Part shown: piece after piece, positions 1 to 9,462 of the stretch
How the letters are laid out: each line of letters opens with the position of its first letter
Position numbering within the stretch: the first letter of the stretch is position 1
Source: an uncultured Micavibrio sp.
Lineage (GTDB): Bacteria; Pseudomonadota; Alphaproteobacteria; Micavibrionales; Micavibrionaceae
Assembly: GCA_964351955.1 (NCBI GenBank)
Contig: CAYGQG010000002.1
Coordinates: 1-45,517 of the forward strand
Reading direction: 5' to 3'
Length of the DNA: 45,517 nt
Notes under the pieces: model-generated
What the model saw: only the letters and a program-made list of their open reading frames with translations
Database searches by the model: none
Told to the model about the DNA's origin: nothing
Translations under genes and position numbers: made by a program

Positions 1-368
1 CCCTCATAGGCGAACACGGTGAGGATATCCAACTCGTTTTTGCGTTTCGGAACGGGATATAAAATTTCTGCGGCTTTAAAGTTTTCCGACCCTTCCCAAT
101 TAAAGCGCATCGGCAGACCGCTATCGCCCGCATGTTTCCAGTATGTATGCCAGTCATCAGCGAGATCGATTTCCAACGCGGCTTGAATGTGGTTGTCATC
201 GCCAACGGTTTTTACACCCGAAAGCAACCGCGCACGGACATGGTCCGACACCGCCCATTCGGATTGTTTTGCTTCTGCTGTCGTCGTGACAATCAACAAT
301 AGCCCCAGCAAGATCGCATGGAAGATGATGACGTTACGTTGAAATGTTTTTTGGTTTTTTGCTCGCAT
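1..368 (-). CDS. DsbD N-terminal-domain-like periplasmic thiol:disulfide protein; 5' part only, gene runs off the left edge
   Basis: Own translation of the minus strand from ATG (complement of 366-368): MRAKNQKTFQRNVIIFHAILLGLLLIVTTTAEAKQSEW...LADDWHTYWKHAGDSGLPMRFNWEG. The frame stays open to position 1. It has a signal-peptide-like N-terminus and a WHTYW-x3-GDSGLP signature typical of DsbD_N/ScsB-like domains. It is absent from the ORF track because it is truncated. Confidence 0.5.
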   Translation of the reverse strand, partial: MRAKNQKTFQRNVIIFHAILLGLLLIVTTTAEAKQSEWAVSDHVRARLLSGVKTVGDDNHIQAALEIDLADDWHTYWKHAGDSGLPMRFNWEGSENFKAAEILYPVPKRKNELDILTVFAYE

Positions 369-449
369 TTTGATCCCAGCTTTTGATAGTCTCTCAATTA
401 TATCAAAGATATGTTGTGTATTCGCGTAAACAAGTGAAAAAGGCACACA

Positions 450-1046
450 ATGAGTGATAAAACACCGAAAATAGAGGCCTCCTACCTGACGGGAAAGCTA
501 CTTCTGGCCATGCCGGGGATTGGTGATCCGCGATTTCATCACTCTGTTATATTCTTATGCGTGCATGACGAGCATGGCGCAATGGGCTTGGTGATCAATT
601 TTGAAGTTCCTGATATAAATTTTGGTCAAATCATTGAAAATCTTGGATTAAATTCAGATATTGAGGTCGATTTAGAGGCCTTGAAAATGCCGGTTTTGAG
701 TGGCGGCCCTGTTGAAGCGGCGCGCGGATTTTTGCTGCATTCACCCGAATTTCAACATACTGACACGATCAATATTTCTCCTGAATTTTCCTTAAGCGGC
801 ACAACGGAAGCGTTGCAAGACGTTGTGCATGGCAACGGGCCGGATCAGGCCTTGTTTGTGCTTGGTTATGCCGGATGGGGCAAAGGGCAGCTCGAGAGCG
901 AATTACAGCAAAATGCATGGCTCGTACTAGACCCCGATCATGATCTTGTTTTCAACTCCGATGCGACGAGCAAATGGGATATGGCGCTGTCGAAGATGGG
1001 GCTTGATCCTGCATTGTTATCGACAGATACGGGCGGGCAAGCTTAA
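450..1046 (+). CDS. YqgE/AlgH family protein (UPF0301)
   Basis: 198 aa. LLLAMPGIGDPRFHHSVIFLCVHDEHGAMGLVIN and GYAGWGKGQLESEL are typical of the family. AAAAGG lies upstream of the ATG. Confidence 0.85.
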   Translation: MSDKTPKIEASYLTGKLLLAMPGIGDPRFHHSVIFLCVHDEHGAMGLVINFEVPDINFGQIIENLGLNSDIEVDLEALKMPVLSGGPVEAARGFLLHSPEFQHTDTINISPEFSLSGTTEALQDVVHGNGPDQALFVLGYAGWGKGQLESELQQNAWLVLDPDHDLVFNSDATSKWDMALSKMGLDPALLSTDTGGQA

Positions 1047-1112
1047 TTGAAAAGCATGGCAAATCATGTAAAGCTGTGTGTTGAGAATGCGGTTTAGAAA
1101 AGGAACGCCACC

Positions 1113-1487
1113 ATAACACCCCCACCCAACAACACAGGCCTGCGCCGTCTCGTCAATGCTTTCAAATTTTCGCTAGCCGGTTTCAAAGCCTGTTTCCGTA
1201 CCGAGGAAGCTTTTCGACAAGAAATATACCTGACCGCCCTTATGGTGCCCGCTGCATTTTGGATTGGTGATACCAATGTGGAGCAGATTGTTTTACTTGG
1301 CTCGGTGGTGCTGGTGCTGATTACGGAGATGATCAACACAGCCATAGAGCGCGCGATTGACCGTATTTCTTACGATAAACATGAATTGTCGAAAGAGGCG
1401 AAAGATATGGGTTCGGCAATTGTATTTATGGCGCTGGTTTTTTGCGGTTTCACATGGGCCATGATCGCGATTCCTAAATTCTTTTAG
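1113..1487 (+). CDS. dgkA: diacylglycerol kinase DgkA; start codon unresolved
   Basis: NNTGLRRLVNAFKFSLAGFKACFRTEEAFRQE...VLITEMINTAIERAIDRISYDKHELSKEAKDMGSA aligns by eye with E. coli DgkA from residue 3 onward. The frame is open only from 1098, and there is no ATG, GTG or TTG before M1242. ATA at 1113 is preceded by AAGGA at 1100-1104. Confidence 0.7.
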   Translation: MTPPPNNTGLRRLVNAFKFSLAGFKACFRTEEAFRQEIYLTALMVPAAFWIGDTNVEQIVLLGSVVLVLITEMINTAIERAIDRISYDKHELSKEAKDMGSAIVFMALVFCGFTWAMIAIPKFF

Positions 1488-2098
1488 GATCGTTTTGCTG
1501 CACTCCAGCTTTCTATCGGAAAACCGAATAGGATATGATCCTCCCATACTCCATTGATTTGCAAGTATTTTTCAGCCAACCCTTCTTCTTTAAACCCTGC
1601 AGCAAGCAGCGTTTTTTTGCTGCGTTCATTATGAGGCAGGCAAGATGCATTCACACGGTGCAATCCAAGATCGGTAAAGCAAAAATTATTGGTTAGTCCT
1701 ATGGCTTCAGCCATTAGTCCCTGCCCCTGAAATTCCTGATCAATCCAAAAACCAATAGAGGCGTATTGTGCCGCGCCACGGCAAATATTGTTGATGTTCA
1801 TTCCGCCGATTAAAGCGTGGGTGTGAATGTCGAAAATCAGGAACGCGCAGGCACGGCCCAGCGACCATTCATGGGACTGGCGTGAAATACGACGAAAAAA
1901 CAGATCAGGGGTCAACGCATCTTGTGGCCATTTAGGGTCGAAAGGCTGGATATGCGTCATATTACGCCCTCTAACCTCGACCCAGCTTTGCGCATCTTCT
2001 ATAGATGGCGGGCGCATATAAAGACGTTCCGATTGTAATTCTACCGATGGGAATATTGGTTTTTTGAAATTAGAGAATTTGAGAGAAGACCAGACCAT
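1484..2098 (-). CDS. GNAT family N-acetyltransferase (RimJ/RimL-like)
   Basis: 204 aa. ERLYMRPPSIEDAQSW at the N-terminus and a QGQGLMAEA acetyl-CoA loop. Its position next to the M16 peptidase and thrC is a common alphaproteobacterial arrangement. Confidence 0.75.
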   Translation of the reverse strand: MVWSSLKFSNFKKPIFPSVELQSERLYMRPPSIEDAQSWVEVRGRNMTHIQPFDPKWPQDALTPDLFFRRISRQSHEWSLGRACAFLIFDIHTHALIGGMNINNICRGAAQYASIGFWIDQEFQGQGLMAEAIGLTNNFCFTDLGLHRVNASCLPHNERSKKTLLAAGFKEEGLAEKYLQINGVWEDHILFGFPIESWSAAKRS

Positions 2099-2107
2099 CG
2101 CTATCCC

Positions 2108-3370
2108 TTATGCGGCGAGACGTTCTTTGATCTGTTCGAACGGCGCGAGTTTTTCAAGCGGGCCGAGGGCTGCCAAGGTTGGTGTTGTTGCGAATACGCG
2201 TTTCGCGACACGGCTAATATCGGCAAGCGAGATGTTATCTACTCTTTGCACCAAAGCATCAACGTCAAAGGCTTCGTTTCGCAGCAACAGAAATTTGGCA
2301 TGCTGGTCGGCGCGGGTCATCATGGATTCACGGCCCATCAACATGCCCGCTTTGATTTGGGATTTGGCGCGTTCTAACTCGGCCTCTGTAACATCTTGCC
2401 CGATTTTGAGCACTTCATCGGAAATAACCGGAATAATCTCATCCAATTTTTCCGGCCCGGTTCCGGCGTAGATACCGAATTGCCCATCATCTTGATACGC
2501 GCTGTGGAAGGAGAAAATAGAGTATACGAGGCCGCGTTTTTCGCGCACTTCCTGAAACAATCGCGAAGACATACCGCTGCCCAAAATCGTGGAGAGCGCT
2601 TGCGTGGCGTATATATCGTCATCGAGACGGCCTACCCCTTGGAAGCCCAGAATGAAGTGGCTTTGCTCCAGCTCTTTATCCAGACGAATTTCGCCGCCAG
2701 TGTAGTTTGCAGCTTTGGTATCGGACGGGTCAGAATGTGGTTGAGCATCGAACATGTCTTTGACCTGTGCCACGAATTGATCGTGGTTTACGCCACCGGC
2801 AGCCGAGATCACCGTATTGCCCGATTTATAAAAACTTTCGATATAGCCGCTCAGATTATCCTGGCTCATGCCTTCTATATTATGCGCACGACCAAGAATC
2901 GGCGCGCCAAGAGATTGTTCGGGGTATGCGGTTTCGGAATAAATATCAAAGACCAGATCATCGGGCGTGTCATTGCACATGCCGATTTCCTGCAGAATAA
3001 CGCCGCGCTCACGCTCGATTTCATGGTCGGGCAATGTCGAGTTCAGGTACATATCGCTCAAGACCTCTAGGCCTAACAGCAAGTCTTCGGCTAGCAGATG
3101 GATGTGATAGCTGGTGATTTCGCGGCTGGTATAGGCGTTCATAGAACCACCGACATTCTCGATTTCTTCGGCAATTTGCTGCGCGTTGCGTTTGCCCGTG
3201 CCCTTGAACAGCATATGTTCAACCATATGGGCAACGCCATTATGCGCGATGTTTTCATGACGCGTGCCCACACCCGCCCAGATACCAACGGCTACGGAAT
3301 GCATGCTCGGCACGTTATCGGTGATTACGCGCACACCATTATCCAATGTTGTTGTTTGAATACCTGTCAT
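2108..3370 (-). CDS. M16 (pitrilysin/insulinase) family zinc peptidase
   Basis: 420 aa. It has the inverted zinc motif HMVEHMLFKGT (HxxEH) and a downstream ...REITSY... E region. Confidence 0.85.
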   Translation of the reverse strand: MTGIQTTTLDNGVRVITDNVPSMHSVAVGIWAGVGTRHENIAHNGVAHMVEHMLFKGTGKRNAQQIAEEIENVGGSMNAYTSREITSYHIHLLAEDLLLGLEVLSDMYLNSTLPDHEIERERGVILQEIGMCNDTPDDLVFDIYSETAYPEQSLGAPILGRAHNIEGMSQDNLSGYIESFYKSGNTVISAAGGVNHDQFVAQVKDMFDAQPHSDPSDTKAANYTGGEIRLDKELEQSHFILGFQGVGRLDDDIYATQALSTILGSGMSSRLFQEVREKRGLVYSIFSFHSAYQDDGQFGIYAGTGPEKLDEIIPVISDEVLKIGQDVTEAELERAKSQIKAGMLMGRESMMTRADQHAKFLLLRNEAFDVDALVQRVDNISLADISRVAKRVFATTPTLAALGPLEKLAPFEQIKERLAA

Positions 3371-3371
3371 T

Positions 3372-4799
3372 TTATGCTGCGCTTTTTTGTTGGACTGTTG
3401 AATGATCGCGTACGAATTGTTGAACGGCTTCGAGTGAATTTGGCAGAGCCGTCAGATGCTCTTCACGTTCAAACAGATCACTCAGACGATCGGGCAGTTG
3501 CGGGCGGATGTTGATCGCTTTTTCTACCGCATCGGGGAATTTGGCAGCATGCGCACAAGCCAGTGTGACAATCACGCCTTCGAGTTCGTCTTCATAGGCG
3601 AACGCGCCGCTGAGGCCTACAGCCGTATGCGGATCAATCACCTCCGATGTTTCGTCATAAGCGCGCTTGATGGTTGCCAGCGTATCATCATCATTACAGC
3701 GATGCGCTTTGAAATCTTTGCGTGCTTGCTGCATCAAATCATCACTGACATCAAATGCGCCGTCTTCTTTGAATGAGAGCATCAATTTGGCAAGCGCCGC
3801 CGCATCACGTCCGACCAATTCGAACAAGTAACGCTCGAAGTTGCTGGAGATTTGAATATCCATGGACGGGCTTAAGGACGGTTCTACCCCTTCGAGTGTC
3901 ATTGCACCGCTTTCGAAAAAGCGCGTCAAAATGTCGTTACGGTTGGAGGAAACGATCAATGCCTCGATCGGCAAGCCCATTTTACGCGCAACATGCGCAG
4001 CAAAAACATTGCCGAAATTCCCCGTCGGTACGCTGAACGAGACTTTGCGTTCAGGTGCGCCGAGAGTAAGCGAAGTTGTAACGTAGTAAACGATTTGCGC
4101 CATGATACGCGCCCAGTTGATGGAATTGATCGCGGATAGATTCATGTCCATGCGAAATTCACGGTCGCTGAACATATCCTTGACCATGTTCTGGCAATCA
4201 TCAAATGTCCCCTCGATCGCGAGATTGTGAACATTCGGCGCGCTGATGGTTGTCATCTGCTTGCGCTGTACATCAGATACGCGACCCTTCGGGTGCAGGA
4301 TAAAAATATCGATATGCTCGCAAGACTTGCAGCCTTCAATCGCCGCAGATCCGGTATCACCCGATGTTGCGCCCACGATTGTCACATGTTCATTGCGGCG
4401 GGCCAGCACATGGTCAAACAGCCGACCAAGCAGCTGCAAGGCAACGTCTTTGAAGGCCAATGTCGGACCACGGTGTAATTCCATCAGCCAGTGTTTTTCA
4501 GATAGCTGTGTTAACGGTGTTACACATTGATGATCAAACACATCAGCGCCGTACGTATCCGCAATAATTTTTTTGAATTCGGGTTCGGTAATCGCATCAC
4601 CGACGAAGGCCTTCATCACCGCGAAAGCGACATCGGTGTAGGATTTGCCGCGCAAAGCCTCGATATCAAGCTTCGGCCATTCGGTGGGAACATACAAACC
4701 GCCATCGGGGGATAGCCCTTCGAGTAATACATCCTCGAATGTGATGGGTTGGTTGCCTTCGTTTACGGCATGGCCGCGTGTGGAGATAAATTCGCTCAT
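3372..4799 (-). CDS. thrC: threonine synthase
   Basis: 475 aa. PTLAFKDVALQLLG carries the PLP lysine, followed by GATSGDTGSAA and VPTGNFGN. Confidence 0.9.
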   Translation of the reverse strand: MSEFISTRGHAVNEGNQPITFEDVLLEGLSPDGGLYVPTEWPKLDIEALRGKSYTDVAFAVMKAFVGDAITEPEFKKIIADTYGADVFDHQCVTPLTQLSEKHWLMELHRGPTLAFKDVALQLLGRLFDHVLARRNEHVTIVGATSGDTGSAAIEGCKSCEHIDIFILHPKGRVSDVQRKQMTTISAPNVHNLAIEGTFDDCQNMVKDMFSDREFRMDMNLSAINSINWARIMAQIVYYVTTSLTLGAPERKVSFSVPTGNFGNVFAAHVARKMGLPIEALIVSSNRNDILTRFFESGAMTLEGVEPSLSPSMDIQISSNFERYLFELVGRDAAALAKLMLSFKEDGAFDVSDDLMQQARKDFKAHRCNDDDTLATIKRAYDETSEVIDPHTAVGLSGAFAYEDELEGVIVTLACAHAAKFPDAVEKAINIRPQLPDRLSDLFEREEHLTALPNSLEAVQQFVRDHSTVQQKSAA

Positions 4800-4850
4800 A
4801 ACGCCCGATTTGTAGGCTGATTTGGGGATTGTGTCAATCCGAGGGCGACG

Positions 4851-6497
4851 TTATGCCAGCACCTTGCCCAGATAGCGTTTGCGCAAGTGCTTTTCGAGAT
4901 ATTTGGCTTCTAACGGTTTGCCTGTCGCCTCCTCCAATGTATCGGATAATGACATCAGGCGACCACGTGAATAGATGTTCTTAATCAACCATTCTTTGAT
5001 CTCGCCAAATTCACCTTCGGCGATCTGGCGTTTCATGCCCGGAATATCCTTACGCAAAGCGTTAAAGAGCTGCGCCGCCATCATATGCCCCAACGCGTAG
5101 GAAGGGAAATAGCCGAATTTACCAACGAACCAATGCACATCCTGCAAGCAACCATCGAGGTGATTTTCAGGGTAAACCCCGAGCGTGGAGTGGATGCCTT
5201 CTACCCATGCTTCGGGTAAATCGGCAATATCGAGATCTTTTTCGATCAGATCACGTTCGAGGCGGTAGCGCAGCACAACGTGATGGAAATAGGTGACTTC
5301 GTCGGCTTTTTTGCGGTCGACACCCGGACGAACACGGGTTTTTAGGGCAAAAAGGTTTTCGGGAGAGAGCGCCGGTGAATTGATACCGTGGAATAACCCC
5401 TCCAGACGCGGGGAGAGGAATTCGAAAAATTCCGGCATACGTCCGATAATCATCTCGATCAACAAAGCCTGACTTTCATGCATTGCCGCGCCGAGATCCA
5501 TGCCTACGGGCTGGTAACGCCATTGCTGGCGCGGTAATCCCTGGATATACAGGCCGTGCCCGCCTTCGTGCAGCGCGCTTTTCATGGAATCCATGAAGTT
5601 GCTTTCATCTACATTGGAGATCACAAGCCGTGTATCATCGACCGTGCCGCCTTCGACAGGGTTATGCCCCGTCTCATAAAGGCCGCCGCGTTCGAAATCA
5701 AAACCAAGAACTTCGAGCAAGGAACGGTTCAACCACATCTGTGCTTCGGACTCGTATTCGGCCTCCAGCGGGATTGGTTGCGGTTCGTTTTTCTGCTTCG
5801 CGGCTATTTCCGGCAGTAAATCTTTCAGCGCTTTTTCATGCGCATAGAATAATCGTTCGACCTCGAAGACCGTCATGCCGGGCATGAATTCCTGCATCAG
5901 CATTTGATAATGGGATTTTTCTTCGGTTACTTCGCAGCGGGCATCGGCAATTTGCCTGTGCAAATCGATTTGCTCGGACAAAAACCCCTTGGCTTGTTCC
6001 CAGTCACCCGTTTCCTTGAGCATGGTATGGTGTTTACGTCCTTCGAAGGACAGACGCGCTTTGCGTTCCATTAATTCGGGGGCTACATGCGCGTACATCA
6101 GATACATATTGGTCATTTCGCGCAGGTTCGCCATATCCCATTTATCCCACTCAGCGGGCTTGGCGTATTGGTGCTCGCGAGCATCATCAAGCCAGCGCTG
6201 CACATCATCAGCCGCAAGATCTTCGTGCATACGACGATATAAAAATGCCATTTGCCCCAAGCGGCTTTGATACGCGCCTTGCGGCATCGCGGTTAGAAAG
6301 TCACGCCCCAAAGTCTCGATGATCGCGTTCATACGGCCCAGATCGCGGAAACGTACTTTCAATTCCGTATAAGATTTACAGGCGTGCAATTGGTCTTGCC
6401 GAATATCTTCGGCAAATTCCAAATCGGAATTGGGCATTTTCTGCGGGGGCTTTTGGCGCGCCTCGCCGGTAACCATATGAAGGAAGTTTCTAAGCAT
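4851..6497 (-). CDS. M32 family carboxypeptidase (Taq-type); start could be an internal Met (M8 or M21)
   Basis: 548 aa. ALHEGGHGLY (HExxH), HESQALLIE and GYFPSYALGH are M32 hallmarks. Confidence 0.85.
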   Translation of the reverse strand: MLRNFLHMVTGEARQKPPQKMPNSDLEFAEDIRQDQLHACKSYTELKVRFRDLGRMNAIIETLGRDFLTAMPQGAYQSRLGQMAFLYRRMHEDLAADDVQRWLDDAREHQYAKPAEWDKWDMANLREMTNMYLMYAHVAPELMERKARLSFEGRKHHTMLKETGDWEQAKGFLSEQIDLHRQIADARCEVTEEKSHYQMLMQEFMPGMTVFEVERLFYAHEKALKDLLPEIAAKQKNEPQPIPLEAEYESEAQMWLNRSLLEVLGFDFERGGLYETGHNPVEGGTVDDTRLVISNVDESNFMDSMKSALHEGGHGLYIQGLPRQQWRYQPVGMDLGAAMHESQALLIEMIIGRMPEFFEFLSPRLEGLFHGINSPALSPENLFALKTRVRPGVDRKKADEVTYFHHVVLRYRLERDLIEKDLDIADLPEAWVEGIHSTLGVYPENHLDGCLQDVHWFVGKFGYFPSYALGHMMAAQLFNALRKDIPGMKRQIAEGEFGEIKEWLIKNIYSRGRLMSLSDTLEEATGKPLEAKYLEKHLRKRYLGKVLA

Positions 6498-6539
6498 CGT
6501 AGATTTCAGAATAGCACCGTTGCACCGCGCTGACTACGA

Positions 6540-7142
6540 CTATCCAAAGGATTTCACCTTCTTTACGAAGGCCTCGTGCATTGGGGATGGAAAATCGAAT
6601 GTCAGTTCGGGGTGAAATGTTGTCGCCATGTATTGACCGTAATTCACCCAGACAGGGTCATCTTTGTGACTGGCTTTGACCTCTACATCATTGGCGACAT
6701 CCTGAATAACCGGTGCGCGGATGAGAGAAACTTCGTAGTCATCAATTTTTGCTGTGTGGCTATCGACCTGTCTTCCGTAGCCGTTTCGTTCAACCGTCAT
6801 AGGGATGAGGCCGAAGGATTTCTGGACGTTGCGAGTCTGCTCTTCGCCGACGCGTTTACTGGAATAGAATACTTTTTCGGCGATCAGGATCGAGCCGGCG
6901 CAAATGCCCCATACGGGTTTAGCTTTAAATTGGTCAGCCAAAACATCCCATAGCTCGAAACGATCGATGAGTTTGAGCATTGTGGTGCTTTCTCCGCCCG
7001 GCAGGATGAACCCGTCGACAGCTTCAAAATGCTTGGCTGTTTTAACAGGCATAAAATCCAACCCGAGCGCTTCGATATGCGGCCGGTGGCGTTCAACACA
7101 GCCCTGTAGGGCCAAGCAGCCTATGGTCAGGTTTTTGCTCAT
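6540..7142 (-). CDS. pdxT: pyridoxal 5'-phosphate synthase, glutaminase subunit PdxT
   Basis: 200 aa. IGCLALQG, ILPGGESTTM, WGICAGS (nucleophile Cys) and TFHPELT. Confidence 0.9.
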   Translation of the reverse strand: MSKNLTIGCLALQGCVERHRPHIEALGLDFMPVKTAKHFEAVDGFILPGGESTTMLKLIDRFELWDVLADQFKAKPVWGICAGSILIAEKVFYSSKRVGEEQTRNVQKSFGLIPMTVERNGYGRQVDSHTAKIDDYEVSLIRAPVIQDVANDVEVKASHKDDPVWVNYGQYMATTFHPELTFDFPSPMHEAFVKKVKSFG

Positions 7143-7187
7143 GCCATTGAGATAGATTAAAATGAACGGGAAATAAAGAGCTTAAAG

Positions 7188-7514
7188 TCAGGTAACGATA
7201 AACGCAGGTGTTTGTGAAGGCTGGCGCTTGGCAAACAGGCCGTAAGAATCGGTCAGCATTTGAAACTTCGCCTGTGTGTCTTCATCGATTTCCGCACCGA
7301 CAGATTCAGCGATTGTTTGGAGCGTCCCGAAACGCTCCGTCATCAAATCATACGCAGCCGCAATGGATGCGCTATCTGTGTTGATATGCTTAGGTGGCAA
7401 AATAGTTGCGTGAACAAACCCCATTTGCGCATTTACCACAGCAGCTTGCTGATCGAAGGCTTCATGAGCCATTTCGTATGGTGTTTTTTGCGGAGTTTGT
7501 TCTGACGCAGTCAT
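7188..7514 (-). CDS. hypothetical protein (108 aa) lying between pdxS and pdxT
   Basis: Open frame on the same strand as pdxS and pdxT, with gaps of 9 nt and 45 nt. I recognise no motif. The coding call rests on length and operon context only. Confidence 0.45.
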   Translation of the reverse strand: MTASEQTPQKTPYEMAHEAFDQQAAVVNAQMGFVHATILPPKHINTDSASIAAAYDLMTERFGTLQTIAESVGAEIDEDTQAKFQMLTDSYGLFAKRQPSQTPAFIVT

Positions 7515-7523
7515 TAAGTCTCT

Positions 7524-8423
7524 CTACCAGCCGCGATTAGCCATTTTCATTGGTTCTTCGATTTCGGAAATCTCCGTACCCCGCATCGCAACGCCATCCA
7601 GTTCTTTGGATGCTTGCAGCACGATTGCAGGATCATCGTAATGAGCTGTCGCTTTTACGATTGCCTTAGCGAATTTTTCAGGGTTATCGGATTTGAAGAT
7701 ACCAGAACCAACAAAGACTGTTTCCGCACCAAGCTGCATGCAAAGAGCAGCGTCGGCAGGCGTTGCAATACCGCCAGCGGCGAAGTTAGGAACCGGCAAG
7801 CGGCCTTCGGCCTTAACAATGCGGAGAAGCTCGAACGGTGCGCCCATATCTCTGGCCATGCTCATTAACTCTGCATCATCGCTGTTTACGACTTTGCGGA
7901 TTTCATTATTGATCTGACGCATGTGACGAACGGCCTCAACAATATTACCTGTGCCCGGCTCGCCTTTTGTACGCATCAATGCCGCACCTTCGCCGATACG
8001 GCGCAGGGCTTCACCCAGATTTTTAGCGCCACACACAAACGGAACTTTGAAGTCATGCTTGTTGACGTGGAATTCTTCATCGGCGGGGGTCAGAACTTCG
8101 GACTCATCAATGTAGTCCACGCCCATTTCCTGCAGCAATTGTGCTTCGGCAAAGTGACCAATGCGGCATTTCGCCATAACAGGGATTGAAACAGTGTTCA
8201 TAACTTGCTCAATAACTTCAGGCGGGCTCATGCGGGCAACGCCGCCGGCTTTACGGATATCGGAAGGAACGCGCTCCAGCGCCATAACGGCGACAGCACC
8301 AGCATCCTCGGCTACCTTAGCTTGCTCAGCGGTCACAACGTCCATAATGACGCCGCCCTTAAGCATTTCTGCAAGGCCTGTTTTGATGTTAATTACGTTG
8401 GAAGAGCCTGTATTGCTGCTCAT
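7524..8423 (-). CDS. pdxS: pyridoxal 5'-phosphate synthase, lyase subunit PdxS
   Basis: 299 aa. [35 protein letters not shown] and [19 protein letters not shown] are near-invariant PdxS blocks. Confidence 0.95.
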   Translation of the reverse strand: MSSNTGSSNVINIKTGLAEMLKGGVIMDVVTAEQAKVAEDAGAVAVMALERVPSDIRKAGGVARMSPPEVIEQVMNTVSIPVMAKCRIGHFAEAQLLQEMGVDYIDESEVLTPADEEFHVNKHDFKVPFVCGAKNLGEALRRIGEGAALMRTKGEPGTGNIVEAVRHMRQINNEIRKVVNSDDAELMSMARDMGAPFELLRIVKAEGRLPVPNFAAGGIATPADAALCMQLGAETVFVGSGIFKSDNPEKFAKAIVKATAHYDDPAIVLQASKELDGVAMRGTEISEIEEPMKMANRGW

Positions 8424-8498
8424 GTCAGTGTTCCTTATCCATAATCGGTTATGATGATTTGGCTATATGTACACAATTAGCGCAGGAATGCAAAGATT

Positions 8499-9296
8499 CT
8501 AGACTCGAAAATGTTTAGAAGTGGCCCAGCTCGGCATCTCAATCGTCTTGCTTTCATCACGAAGTGTGTAAGATGTTTGCATATCGGCTGCCGGACCTTG
8601 TCCCAAACGGACAAAAATATCAGCGCCCATCTCGTCCATATCATCAAAAGCAAGCGCTTCACCGTTTTCAATCAAACCCAGCTTATTCAGATATGTACGG
8701 GCGCTGCCGTGGCCCATAGCTACAGGGATGATTGTATGTGTGCTGAAGTCATTGGCGTTCAAGGCCATCTGCATGTCGCTGGTCATGTCCCCTACTACCC
8801 AGATTATGCGGGATTGGCGATCCGGAAACATCTGATCTATCATCTTGAAAGCCCCATGCGGATTTGGTTTAGAGAAACCATCCATGTCTTCAACATACAT
8901 CGTATGATCAAAGCCTCTGCCGAAATTAACATGGCGCATAAGACGTTCGCCCCAAGCATGACGGCTATTATTGCTTAAAAGCCCGCAAGGAATACCCGCT
9001 TCGGAAAAGAAATCGGAGATCGGCATGCTCGACATTTGCGGAGAGGCCAAACCTGTTAAAATCTGTCTCTTTAGGGGGCCAGTATGGAAATTAAAGGGCA
9101 ATAAGGTTTGTTTAGCGCTTTTCAGGGCTTCGTAACCCACATGGCACATATTGAGCATACGCAGAACGGCTTTTTCACCGCCAAAATTATCAACAAATTG
9201 GGCAACCAGCCCGCGTTTGGTGGTTGTTCCGTCAAGATCCATGATTACCCCATCGGGTAAATTTACGTTACTCAGATCAAATGCCTGCATGTGCAA
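8499..9296 (-). CDS. HAD-superfamily hydrolase-like protein
   Basis: 265 aa. IMDLDGTT (motif I), GLLSNN (motif II) and VVGDMTSD (motif IV). Substrate unknown. Confidence 0.6.
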   Translation of the reverse strand: MHMQAFDLSNVNLPDGVIMDLDGTTTKRGLVAQFVDNFGGEKAVLRMLNMCHVGYEALKSAKQTLLPFNFHTGPLKRQILTGLASPQMSSMPISDFFSEAGIPCGLLSNNSRHAWGERLMRHVNFGRGFDHTMYVEDMDGFSKPNPHGAFKMIDQMFPDRQSRIIWVVGDMTSDMQMALNANDFSTHTIIPVAMGHGSARTYLNKLGLIENGEALAFDDMDEMGADIFVRLGQGPAADMQTSYTLRDESKTIEMPSWATSKHFRV

Positions 9297-9462
9297 AACC
9301 TCATTAGAAGTGCTGCTTTATAATATGTAAATACAGAGTTTGTCAATTAATAATCGCTAATATGGCCCAGTTAGCGCTAGCGAGCCAGTATTTTCTTGTT
9401 ATTCCCTTGCTATTTCCATAATTATTTGCTATTTTCTTCGGCAATTACATTAAGGCAAGCGA

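Noticed and set aside
2396-3070. Long antisense ORFs in the track. Examples are 2396-3070, 3098-3514, 8511-8978, 9958-10410, 16645-17213, 20263-20833, 21538-22020, 26633-27188, 30329-30970, 37670-38068, 38332-38841, 42590-42927, 43022-43366 and 44089-44571.
   Set aside because: Nearly all of them lie opposite a strongly conserved, motif-bearing gene, have low-complexity or Arg/Ser/Cys-rich translations, and lack RBS context. 43022-43366 is the exception: it lies opposite the pilin-like orphan and the adjacent spacer, but it has the same low-complexity, RBS-less profile. They are treated as shadow ORFs.
8430-8445. A DnaA-box-like TTATCCATA upstream of pdxS.
   Set aside because: It is a single copy with one mismatch to TTATCCACA. 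There is no cluster of boxes, no AT-rich unwinding element and no replication genes nearby.
9354-9380. An inverted repeat, CGCTAA-N10-TTAGCG, followed by overlapping AGCGCT and GCTAGC palindromes in the HAD/glycosyltransferase divergent promoter region.
   Set aside because: The arms are only 6 bp, which is easily produced by chance in a 166-nt spacer. No regulator gene is adjacent. It is kept as a possible operator only.
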